This document shows, one piece after another, positions 39,519 to 51,587 of a DNA stretch of 63,151 nt; position 1 is the first letter of the stretch; every line of letters starts with the position of its first letter. The stretch lies in assembly GCF_001194135.2 (NCBI RefSeq), contig NC_068981.1, positions 82,508,263 to 82,571,413 on the forward strand, read 5' to 3'. The notes beneath the pieces were generated by a model. That model was not told the origin of the DNA. It saw nothing but the letters and a program-made list of their open reading frames with translations, and ran no database searches. The stretch is from Octopus bimaculoides (Eukaryota). The translations under genes were made by a program, and so were the position numbers.

Positions 39519-39725
39519 CTAAGGTGGTGAGCTGGCACAGTCATTAGCATGCCGAGCAAAATGCTAAGTGAACTTTCGTTCGTCTGTATGTTCTGCGTTC
39601 AAATTCCGCTGAGCTCAACAGATCAAATTTGCTTTTCATCCTTTAGGAGTCGATACGGGGGTCGATGTAATCGATTTACTCCAACTCCGAAATTGCTGGC
39701 CTTTTTCCAAAAGTTGAAACCGATA
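39519..39725 (+). mobile_element. SINE family B
   Basis: TAAGGTGGTGAGCTGGCA head, GCGTTCAAATTCC, TTTGCTTTTCATCCTTT core, AAATTGCTGGCC tail. Confidence 0.85.
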
Positions 39726-40331
39726 TTCCTATACATTTCTAGTCACCAATAAAATATACAGGTATAAATATCTTGTCTTTATATAGAATATTTTCGACGA
39801 TAGTAAAAGTGGGGATTATGCAGACTAGTCTCGATTTTGTGTTGAAACAATTTGACTGGATATTATACACAGTTTCGGCTGAATTCTAAATATATATTTT
39901 GTAGTACAATACTGTGTAGAAACACAGTGCTGATAACGCGCCAGAAGTGAGCATCTGCCAAAACACCGTCTGTGAGCTGAGTACGATGGGACTATCATCT
40001 GAGCCATAATGTTGCTCACTTCGCTGCTTCAATTTGGCCAGGAAGAGAAAACAGTTTTCTTCTCTCTAGTGACTGTGGTGAAAGAATTTTTGTTGCACGA
40101 AACTGAATACAGGCTATTTCTTTTTCGGCCTGAAAGTTGAGAAGAAAGCCTGTCTGCTCCAGTAAATTCACTGAAAGCTGGGTAAAAGAAACGAATAAGT
40201 GTACATGTAAACGGGCTTGCTATGGACATGTCAAATATGAGAGAACATTTGTCCTTACTGGCGAGGTAATCCTATTTTTATATAGTTCCTATGATTGAAC
40301 CTAACTTGTTTTTGTTATTCTTTCTTTACAG

Positions 40332-40361
40332 GTCGCTCGCTTCACTGTCTCAGTTTGGCCG
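40332..40361 (+). other. Candidate 30-nt microexon of an unidentified transcript
   Basis: Acceptor TTTTGTTATTCTTTCTTTACAG, donor CCG|GTAAGG; open in all three frames; possible upstream donor GAG|GTAATC at 40265/40266. Confidence 0.35.
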
Positions 40362-40424
40362 GTAAGGGAGAGATATATACTGAAACCCAGCTATGTTTTA
40401 TGCTGTTATTTACTTTGTACTAGC

Positions 40425-40586
40425 TCTTTTCATTCTGAGTTCGAATACTGCCGTACTGAACTTTGGCTTTCATACTTCGGGGTTCAATGAAATAAAGTAC
40501 CGATTATATATTGGTGTAGATGGTATCCACTTCCACTATTATCCCTCTATTCCAAGTTACTAACTATGTACTTAAATTAGAAACCA
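40425..40586 (+). mobile_element. Degenerate SINE family B
   Basis: TTCTGAGTTCGAATACTGCC...AACTTTGGCTTTCATACTTCGGGG...AAATAAAGTACC...AAATTAGAAACC. Confidence 0.6.
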
Positions 40587-40701
40587 GCTTTAATCATCAT
40601 CGTTAGTAGTAAAATGTATCAGTAGGAGTGGTAGTGCTGCTGGTCGAAGTATCAGCAGTAATAGTAGCAGCAGTCGAACTGTTTCCCTTTCATCCTTCCG
40701 C

Positions 40702-40736
<35 letters not shown>

Positions 40737-41647
40737 ATATATATATATATATATATACATACATATATATACACATATACAAAGATGATTTTTTAGTCGT
40801 TTATTATTATTGTTGTTATTGCTATTTCATTATTATTATTATTGTTATTATTATTATTAATTAATTTATTTATTTATATTCATTTTCCTTTAAGTGTGAG
40901 ATTAAGATAAAGCACGTGCGGCTGGTAGGATGGCAGGGCTAAAAAGCACGTGTGAATGGTAGGATGGCAGGGTAAAAAAAAAAAAAATTAAAAAAAGGAA
41001 AGGAAAAGACTCCTTTACTATCAGAGGCTTTTGAGGCTTGCTAAGATTTCCGTACACAATCAGAAGAAAAACTATGACTCTTACCTCGAATCTCTATATA
41101 TCTTACCCCTTGTACTACTCTCATGAGGACATGTGATTATATCAAAAACTCACATAGATTATCAACGTTATTTCTTTTTGACTTTAGGCTTGTATCTTAT
41201 TGCCACATTCCTCCATATTTTCGATGGAACGTTAAGCTCTATGTAACAGTGATCCCTCTCAAAACATGAATTATTAATGAGGTTTTCGTCACTTAGCAAA
41301 ATGCAGAAAGAAAAAAATCAACAAAATTTTCACGGGTTCTTCGAGAAAAATATATATCTAGAATGAATATATATCTGGATGAGACATAAGCTTCTCAAAT
41401 GTTCAGTCTGTACGCCATATTGATGTTATGTTGGTATATTAAGGCACTAGGAGGATCGTCTTAAATTTAAATCTATCTGCACGAAAATGAAGAACGAGAT
41501 AACGGGGTGGTTGCGACAAATAGATATATAAATAGATTTTTTACTACAATTCCAGAAGTTAACAACAACAACAAAAACAACGACAACAATAACAATGATC
41601 TATATCATTATCATCGGCATTCATACGGTCTGACTAATTTTGTCCAT

Positions 41648-41970
41648 GGCACTTTGGTGCAAGTATCTTCTACTATAGCCTCGGGCCGGCTAATTCCTTG
41701 CAATGGAATTTGGTGGACGGAAGGTGAAAGAAGCCCGTCGTGTGGGTGTGTGTGTGTTTGTCTCCCACCACTGCTCGACAACCGCTGTAGGTGTATCTAC
41801 GTCCGTGTGCTCTAGCGGTTCAGCTAAAAGAATCGGTAGAATAAGTACCTGGCTTAAAAATAAAAAAAAAGAAATAGTAATGCGATCGATTCATTTGACT
41901 AAAAAAAAATTAAGGCAATACCCCAGCATGACCGCAGTCTAATGACTGAAACAAGTAAAAGATTGAAGAT
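41648..41970 (+). mobile_element. SINE family A, 5'-truncated
   Basis: GCAAGTATCTTCTACTATAGCCTCGGGCC...GAAAGAAGCCCGTCG...AATGACTGAAACAAGTAAAAGA. Confidence 0.88.
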
Positions 41971-42303
41971 AAAGTATAGTTTGAAACTAAACAACAAAAT
42001 ATCTCAAGCAAGATCAATTATATAAGTTCGTTCGCTCTAAGAAACAGGCGGGATATTGACGAATGGAGCATATTTGACAATAGCTGTACTCTATCAGGAC
42101 TGGCCAAGGGTTAAAGAACAACGGCAGCAATAATAAGCCTATTACAAGTGATAGATGCCGCAACAACAGCCCTGTTTCTTTTTTTTATGTAAAAGTCAAA
42201 TAAAAATTAACATAGAAAATAAAACTTTGTCGTTAGGGACCTGTGTACTTGAAGGTGTACATTAATCCTGTTTGGTGATGTTCACGTGTAGAAGAGAAAA
42301 GAT

Positions 42304-42343
<40 letters not shown>

Positions 42344-42776
42344 TGCGGATGAGGAGGAGGAAAAGAAAGAGTAGTTAGAGAAGGAGGTCGAAGATGGGTA
42401 AGAGGAGGGGGGTGCGGTTACGAACGCAATTAAAAAAACAGGAACATACGTAAATGAAATTAATTTACTTAAATTAAAAGACGCGTATGCCCATAAATCC
42501 AACCACACGCTTACACATACACACATATATGTGAATTTATCTCTGTGTCTATGAGTGTGTGTGTGTATGTGTGTGTGTGTGCGTGTATATATATGTATAT
42601 ATTTGTGTGTATGTATATATATATATAAAGAGATGGATAGATAGATAGACATGGGTGATGTCCGTGCATTCTTATCTTTATGTGTGTGTCTAAATATATT
42701 CGTGCGTATGTGTAGGTGTAAGTATATTTGTGTATATATACATATGCATAATATATACATATATACACATAAATAT

Positions 42777-42813
<37 letters not shown>

Positions 42814-43546
42814 TCTATATGTATATACATGCATATATGTGTGTGTGAATCCATATGTATACACATACATATATACATACATTTTATATATATATATATA
42901 TATACATGCACACCCTTATACACGGATAAGAAATATAATAAGACATATATAATATATGCGTATCTGTAGATGTGTGTGTATGTGTGCGAGAGGGTGATTG
43001 AAATCATGGCGCCTTGCAAAATAATCAGCTGTCTACAAAAAACTGAAAAGGTTCAGATGTACATTAAGAATGTGTGTAATTCTTCCAGGTGCAGGATTAA
43101 ACTACTTGAATTAAACTTCAAGTGGGATTAGAGGCGACCAACACTTACAGTCGTTTCAAGCCATAGAAACGTGCCGGCTATAAATGCTGTTATTATCCAC
43201 AAATGGTATCACATGTTATACAAATCAGCCATCATTTCTCGAATCCATCTACTCTCATCTTTTCCCACTTACTTTTCATTTCATATCAATTCTTTCTTTC
43301 CTTATAGTTAACCATGTTCTTTCTTTCTTTTTTTCTTTCCTTCTTTCCTTCCTTCTTTCTCTCATTCTTTTTTTCTTTCTTTCTTTCTTTCTTTCTTTAC
43401 TGATTTCATTCATCAATATTTTGTTCGTTTAACTCTCCTTTTCTGAAAGCCCTTTCCAGCTTCCATCCAAAGTAAAAGATATTTGCGATTTCTTTCTTTC
43501 TTTCTTTCGTTCTTTCTTTCTTTCTTTCTTTCTTGCTTTCTTTATT

Positions 43547-43597
<51 letters not shown>

Positions 43598-43700
43598 GTG
43601 TATTTTTCTTTTCCTCTTCCTTTCTGTTTTTCTTTTTCTTTTTTTCTTTGCGGTTTGCTTCGTTTGCTTGCTCTGTTTGCTTGCTTCTTTCAGTTCATTA

Positions 43701-43748
<48 letters not shown>

Positions 43749-44095
43749 CATCCATCCATCCATCCATCCATCCATCCATCCATCCATCTATTCTGTCTTC
43801 AATTTGTTTCTGCTTTCAGTCCTTTACTGCGTCCTCCCTTCTTAAATATTCTACAGGCCCTAACTCGCTGAACTTGGGGATCACTTGAATTTTAATACAG
43901 ATTGCTCCAAGTGTCTACAGTTATCCTTTTGTATTCAGACAATCAGACTGTCATTTCCTGAATGAAAAGAATTATCAAGAATTATTGATTCTTAATTCTT
44001 TATTTTTGTGTTGTTTAGAGACAGAATCAATTGCTTCCAAGTGATAGGTGAAACCATCTAGAAACGGAGAGAGATTTTAATGTACGTTAATTTGC

Positions 44096-44367
44096 TACAT
44101 TATTTACATTATTTATATTTGACGGGTATTTGTCCTCATCTTGTTTGTTGTTAACACAACGTTTTGGCTGATATACCCTCCAGCCTTCGTCAGGTGTCTT
44201 GGGAATAAGAACCCAGGTTTGAAATTTCCCCAAGACACCTGATGAAGGCTGAAGGGTATATCAGCCGAAACGTTGTGTTAACAACAAACAAGATGTGGAC
44301 AAATGTCTGTCAAATATAGATAATGTAAATAATGTACATAATTTCTCATCTCTTAAATATAGAACTG
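44096..44367. mobile_element. Palindromic pair of hammerhead-bearing retroposon tails (no head)
   Basis: 44096-44203 is the reverse complement of about 44229-44336; same sequence family as 57603-57786 and 58560-58690. Confidence 0.9.
44234..44279 (+). ncRNA. Minimal type I hammerhead ribozyme, intact core
   Basis: GACAC-CTGATGA-A-GGCTG[AAGGGTATAT]CAGCC-GAAA-C-GT-T-GTGTT: stem I 5 bp, stem II 5 bp, loopless ACGT stem III, GUU triplet, predicted cleavage after 44274. Confidence 0.8.
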
Positions 44368-44501
44368 CTATTTGCTATGTAATATATCCTTATTTGTGGT
44401 TCAAATACATACTACTGTCCACACAGAGTTATTTCTCTTAGCTCATTATTTTTGCTTCATGTATGCAAATTACCTATGCCTTAAATTCATCAGTAGTGTG
44501 G

Positions 44502-44620
44502 AAAGGGGAGACTGGAATGCATGGACGACTGCTGGTCTTCCATAAACAACTTTGCCCGGACTTGTTTCTCAGAGGGGATCTTTCTAGGTGCATGACCGAA
44601 GGATGTCTTTACCCTTTTAT
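44502..44620 (+). mobile_element. SINE family C tail, 5'-truncated
   Basis: GCATGGACGACTGCTGGTCTTCCATAAA...CTTTCTAGGTG...CATGACCGAAGG matches about 3148-3250. Confidence 0.85.
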
Positions 44621-47070
44621 TATTAGTATTTGTTATATAACAATGAATGCCAATAAAACTACATGACAATAATACTTCGTATGAACCAAGTAAAATGTCA
44701 ACGTGTTCAGTGGAATGCATTTTATCAACAAGGACAAATAAATCAATACTATATACTATATAAGATAAATTATTTGTTCATTTTTAAATGTTCTTGACTG
44801 TGTTTTGTATTGTTTAACTATTATGCCTAGTTAGAGTCAAGGTGGGGTAACAAATATGTCAATGGCATCTATTACAGCAGAAGCAAGCGTCTCTAGACAG
44901 AAAAGTAAACAGTCCCGCAATTAATATCGTGTTAATTTGAAATAAGTTTTATTCTTGAGGTTATTTCTCCTTTGCAGTCGAAAGTGGTCACAATTGTTAA
45001 CAAGCAAACGACTACCTTATCTCGTAACAAACACATCGAAACTATTTAACTTGTATGCTATATATTATGCATTTAAATATTAGTCTAAATAGTCACTCTA
45101 GATATCATGTAAATTTACATATTCTAAATTGCACATCTTTTTTTTTATATTAATTTGTAACCCAGTTTTACTTAGATTTTATTTTTCGTGAGTTTTGTCT
45201 ATTTTAATACACTTTAATGTACACTTATAATAATGTATTTTTAATCTTATATTTGAATATTTTCACTTTTACGCACTAGATGTTTTACTTTTTGGTATTG
45301 GAGTAATCTATATCATTGTTTCAACAAATGTTCTAAATAACAACATATAGTCTATGCGAATACATACTAATGTTCTATTTTCATTTCTTTGTACACCCTA
45401 GCAGGAACTGTGTCTATTACATCTTTTTCAAAGGTATAACATTTTCCATATAACATTTGACTTTCATAGTAATCCACATTGAAGTTATTTTCTGAGTTAT
45501 TTATATTTTAGCATATATTCTATTATATTCATAGTTCGGTTCAAATTATACACTTGTTTCTTTATAAATTCATAACAGTATATTATTGACGTATTACAAG
45601 CCTACAGAAGAAACTATCATTTCAAAAGTGCCTTATAGTTAATTATTAAAAATTGAATTATTAATTAAAAACAAATTTTGTAGGTATCCTTTTAAAAAGA
45701 AACTGAATTTTAAACGTTTTCTTTTTAATTTGAATCCAAATATTTATTCTTTAATGCAAAAGAAGGTTTTTTTCTACGTTTCACATACTCAATAGACTTC
45801 CTTTTAGCTTTCACGTCTTATTTTCACACACCGATTGGACTTCTGAATGTTTTACGTGTATATCTTGTTTTCCTACATACTTCATATTAACGAGAAATTC
45901 ATTTAATGTAAAATATAGTCAGCCACTATTCTACCCTATACATAAAACTTGTTATAAAGACCTAAACTTTATTCCACTTACCAAAGTGCAATTGATCAGA
46001 GTATACTATTTTACAAAACATTGCAAATAGTTTAATAATTTGTAATTCATCAGCATGTGGTATTTGTGGTTTAGAGAAAATTGTTTCAGTAAGCATGTTA
46101 AAAGTTTAGCTACTGGTTAGGCACGTATTAACGTACGCACACACGCATGCACGCACACACGCATGCGCGCGCGCACACACACACACACAAATACAAGCTC
46201 ACATACACAAATGTACGCATACACACACAAATGTACGCACACACACATTTGACAAATGTCTTTGTGTATGTATATCTGTATATATGTGCGTGTATGTGTT
46301 TCTGTTAGAAGAATCAATGCATAATAATATGTATAGCTTACAAGTTAACTGCATACAGTGTATTTGCTTCGAGATAGCGTAGTCGTATGCTTATTAGCAA
46401 ATGCGACCGGCACCGAATGAGAAGTATAATAATCGCAAGAAAAAATGTTATTTCGAATTGACACGATATTCATTGAAGTTTTGTTCATTTTTCATTCTAG
46501 AGATACTTGCTCCTGCCGCAATAAATGTCATCGACGTAATAGTTATTCTCCCTCGAGCACAACTGGGTATGAGAACACGAGAGCTTTTCTCTCTCTCTCT
46601 TTCTCCCTCTCTCTCTTTCCTCCCTCCCTCTCTCTCTTTCCTCCCCTCCCCCTCTTTCTCTCTATATATACATATATATATTCACGCATATATATATATA
46701 CATATATATACATACATACACACTTATTTCTTTAGTACCATGCAGTTTTATTTACCCTTTTCTATGGAAATGTATATGTGAGAAACGATAAATGTAAGTA
46801 TGTATGTATGTATGGACGAGAGAGTGAATGGGTGAAATGGAAGCTATGGGGTATGTGAGAAAGAGAATTTACTAATTTTTGCCATATGCAATTAGGTAAA
46901 TATTTCCCCCGTTCTTGTAATTCCCCACCGTCTTCAGTGATACCATTTTGTATCGACAGATTCGGATATATTTTATTCGTGTTGAAACAAGATACAGGAT
47001 ATAGCCAAAAGTAATACTTTAACGCGCAACCATGCACCTACACTAACATACATGCGGGTGCAAATATGTG

Positions 47071-47143
<73 letters not shown>

Positions 47144-47292
47144 AATATATGTATGCGTACATGTAAGCATATATCTATGTATAAACATACATATGCATAC
47201 GTACTCATATATAAATATATGCGAGAGAGTACATACATCTATATATGTATATATACTTATATACATACATATATATTCTTTATATTTTTGCA

Positions 47293-47407
<115 letters not shown>

Positions 47408-48019
47408 ATATATATATATGTGCATATATATATATATGTATGTATGTATGTATGCAAGAATATGTGGCATATGCGGTGGTATTTGTAAGCCATGTTATCT
47501 GTATATCTAGAGAGTATTCTAATACCAATGACTTACTACGTGTGTATATGTACACAAACACAATCTCACCAAATCCAAGCTTTTAGTCAGGAATATGTGC
47601 TTGTTAACAAGAAATATTGCTTATTATGCGCGGAAGAAGATTCAAGAATATTGTAATAAAAAATTATGTTTTGACGTATGTAATACTTAGTTAATGTATA
47701 TCGCTATATGATTGAGAGTCGAGATAACTTGTCGAAGACGGGTATAGTGTTACGGTTAGTGAAAAATAAACATACAAACGAAATGAGAAAGCGGGAGAAG
47801 TATTTGCAAAAGCAAGAAATGAGATATCTTTGAACGCAAATTATTGTTAAGAATTCCACACATATTTTATAAGTTTCTAAACGGGGAAGTTATAAAACCT
47901 CTATTAACATACAGGTAACTCAAAATTTTACAGCGCTAGGGACGATATTGAACGTTAACCTGTGTCTGTGCTGGTACCAAACCTTATTTTCTAAGAGAAA
48001 ATGTTTGTAAAGGTTGGGT

Positions 48020-49300
48020 GATAGCAGTTGATGCTAAGACTCAAGGCAGTCTGGCGTCTACTGATTTACGACATCAGCAATATTGAAGTAGAATACTCAG
48101 AGGCCAAAATCAACAAGTTCACAAGGAGGTAGCTTGGTGTTCCATCAGGTCTTCCATTTGTCGACAAGCCCAGCTGAAGCTATCTCTCAAGTTCATCCTT
48201 AGGGAATACAAAGACGGAAAACAAGGCTCCTAAACATGCTTGAAGACTCGGAAGACAAGGTCGCATAGTCAACCCTGCTCAAGCTGAAAATAGGTAGGAA
48301 ATGCAAAGGCCAGGAGGCCGTGGATGCAGTAAAGGAAAGCCTTTACAATCAGAGAAACGCTCGGCGCAATAAACAGGGATTAGGCATGACAAAAATGGTC
48401 AGAGGCCAAGGGAATGATGAGTAGAGGTCTGATTTTATAGGAAGTGAGAAAGGAAGAGGACGCCATAAAAATCCGGAAGGCAGTACATCAAAGACAGCAG
48501 AGCTAGTGGACGATGCGGAACGGAACGCTCCAGTAGTGTCACAGCTCGAACGACTTGTGACCTATGGTACCTCTTAGAATAAGCCCTATCTTCGGAATTG
48601 TCTTTGATTCGAACCAAGTAAAGTGGGGCTAATAAAAACATCCCAACTGCCCTCAGTTGTCGGGGTAGACAAACAATGGCACACAGTGAGCTCCCGCAGA
48701 GTAGGAGGAACATGCTAGGAACATGCACGTGGATGCACAATAAAGGGCATGAAGAAGATCGTTCAAGTGGTAAGTACGGAAAGAGTATATGCAGAATCTC
48801 CGACAACACTCTTCAAGACAGGAAGAAGCAAATCTTGGTCAAGAACCGCTATGTCATTTGGGGTCACGGAAATGGAGACTTCTGGATGGCGATGATGTCT
48901 GAGAGTGCTCATCAAACCTCCCAGGAGCAACAAAACAACCAGAAATCACATGAAATAGTGAACTGAGGCTGGATGTCGTACTGTATTGGAATACAGTACG
49001 ACATCCAGCCTCAGCAACTGATTTTGATCTAAATCCGCGTGCCATTTAAAAGTAGAATAGAAGAAGCACACGTGTCTAAGACCGAAAAAACTATGAACAT
49101 GCCAGTCTGGCTAACATCCTGAGGGAAGCCAACTTCCGGTTGAAGGTTTTACGATAGAGTTTGGCGCCAAAGGTTTTGTGGGCAAATAGGCTTAGGATCT
49201 TATGAAACAACTCTAGGAAGAACAGAATCAAAGCCCTAAAAGCAATATCAGACAGTAGAGAGGTGTTTCTCTGGTAGAAGAAGAACGATAATGATCTCCA
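48020..49300 (+). mobile_element. HERO-like (RLE-type) non-LTR retrotransposon, decayed 3' portion
   Basis: LIYDI...EAKINKFTRR*LGVP, RLLNMLEDSED, IGRKCKGQEAVD, KAVHQRQQS*WT, LRLDVVLYW, VPFKSRIEEAH, IEFGAKGFVG. Confidence 0.75.
48963..49014. repeat. Perfect 25-bp stem palindrome with 2-nt spacer
   Basis: CTGAGGCTGGATGTCGTACTGTATT-GG-AATACAGTACGACATCCAGCCTCAG. Confidence 0.99.
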
Positions 49301-50733
49301 TAACGTTTTAAGGCAATATTTCTGTATTTTACCTCTAAGGAAGTAACTCTGAGTAAGTCATTGTGGTAGCGTTGACGTTTCAGCGACACCATAACATGTC
49401 TTGCAAACAACTCGCACATGCAAGTGATACCAGTCGAGAACTGCGCATACTGGAAGCCAGTAATTATATGGGGTCATCAGGAGAGAAAGCACGCCGTTTC
49501 GGGGCCTACCTCTCGACGGTCATTAAAAACAAAGCTCAACAACCAATATTATTTCCTATTTAAGTATGTTTGAAAGAGTTATCATGGAGAAAAGTCCAAT
49601 CTCTAATTAGCCGTAATGCATAAGTATCCGACATCCAAGTACCTAAAAAGTGTCACAAGAAGAGTACCCAGGAGTCACGAACTGGCTGCGGCCTGGGTCC
49701 TTTGGTGTGTAAGAAGTCAAGGGCCTAAACACTTATCTGAGGTGGTTCCTTCCCTGACGACTTTCTGCTGGTCAGCTCTCTTGAGAGCTCCTTATCACTA
49801 GAGTAAACTCTTGGTTGACACACCATTCATGCACTACGTCTTCATATACTGAGAGGGAAAAGATTTTCTCAACATGGTTTTATTGTATGAAAAGTTATTG
49901 GCGATAACTAAAGCACTTGAGGGAATTTACTAGAATTTATTAACATGAGTGTAGCAGAAGAACAATAAAGAACTCCAGTGACATTACGATGCTAATATTA
50001 ATATTACTTGAATAATGCAACCGTCCGCTGAACATATATACTCACTCTATTTCTCTTCCTCTCCCTCTCCCCCCTCTCTCTCTCTCTATATATATATACA
50101 TAGGTACATGCATACACACGCCCGTGCATTTCTAGACACATACTTAATGCATACAGTTTCAAAACACTTTGCCCACTCCCATAATGTTTAAATCAGAACC
50201 GATTAATTATTCGTTTCTCGAAATTTAATAATTCAAGGCTGCTGGTTTGCGTCCAACGAATATGTATAATAATTTAAAATAAACATCTTAAACAAAAGAT
50301 ACTTAAGTAAAATTACTTTAAAAAAATTTCTGCAGACGTAATGCACATTACCAGCTTTTACTTTGCGTCCTTTTCTGATCGACATAGAACAAAGAGACCA
50401 CACAAATGCAACGAGCGGAAGAGGTACACCGAAGTTGTAAAAATGTGGATTGTCCCTATTCAAGTGTGTAGTTACTTTGGGCTTGCCTTAAACATTTATA
50501 ATAGATTTCAATCTAAAAGGATGTTTCCTCGTACTCAACTGATATTTCGCTCGACAAATTAATATAAATTTACTACAAAGGAATAAAACTGGACCATAAT
50601 CTTGAGTTCAGCTCTGTTTTATTTACTTATTTATTTATCTTTCTATTTTTTTTTTGTAATTAATGCTATTAGGTCTATACTTTTGTACTTAAAAAACCTT
50701 GTTGCTTTACGGCTGTATTATTAAGTCTTCGTT

Positions 50734-50965
50734 TAAGGAGTCTTGCTGGCAGAATTGTTACCGTGCCGGTCAAAAATGCTTAACCGTATTTCTTTCGCCG
50801 TTACGTTTAGAATTCAAATGCCGCCGGGGTCGAAACTTGCCTTTGCTTTTGCTTTTCATCCTTTCGTAGTCGATACAACAAAGTACCGGTTGAACCCCGG
50901 GGTCGTTGTAATCGATTTGCCTCTCCCCGAAATTGCTGGTCTTGTGCCAAAATTTGAAACCATTA
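50734..50965 (+). mobile_element. SINE family B
   Basis: CTGGCAGAATTGTTA...AATTCAAATGCCGCCGGGGTCG...TTTCATCCTTTCG...GAAATTGCTGGTCTTGTGCC. Confidence 0.88.
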
Positions 50966-51530
50966 GATAGATTCAGTTATTGTTGCTGCTGCTCTTCTTT
51001 CTGCTGATGTTGCTGTAAACTCTATTTCTATTGCTGCTTATGCTATTGCTTTTGCTGATGTCGTTATTGATTCTGATAACGAGATTGGTGTCAGTACAGG
51101 CGTTCCATATCATAACTTCTGTTATTAGCAAATATACAGCTTAATTTTGATGGTACTTCCACATTTGTAGCATCTTGGCTTCCTATGCTCAGCTATGAAC
51201 TGCAATCGAGTAATGTTTGGGATGTTTATCTATTCTGGAATCCTTTCCAGATGTTTGGATTGCATAGATTCGGTCTTCATCAGTTGAGGACGTGTTTCCA
51301 TACACAAATCTTAAGCTACACTTCTTCCTAACACTCTCACACGACTCTCTTTTCCATATACAGATACACTCATTTTTTCTCATCTCCTTCACATACTCAC
51401 ATTCACAAGCACGTTCATGCATACACATACACACACTCACCGTTATGCTAATAGACACATACACTCACATATCCACTCTCGGCACTCATATATCTACCTA
51501 TCTACACACAAGCACAAACGCATACACACA

Positions 51531-51587
<57 letters not shown>

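Noticed and set aside
51230-51300. Minus-strand CTGATGA motif
   Set aside because: No convincing stem II followed by GAAA.
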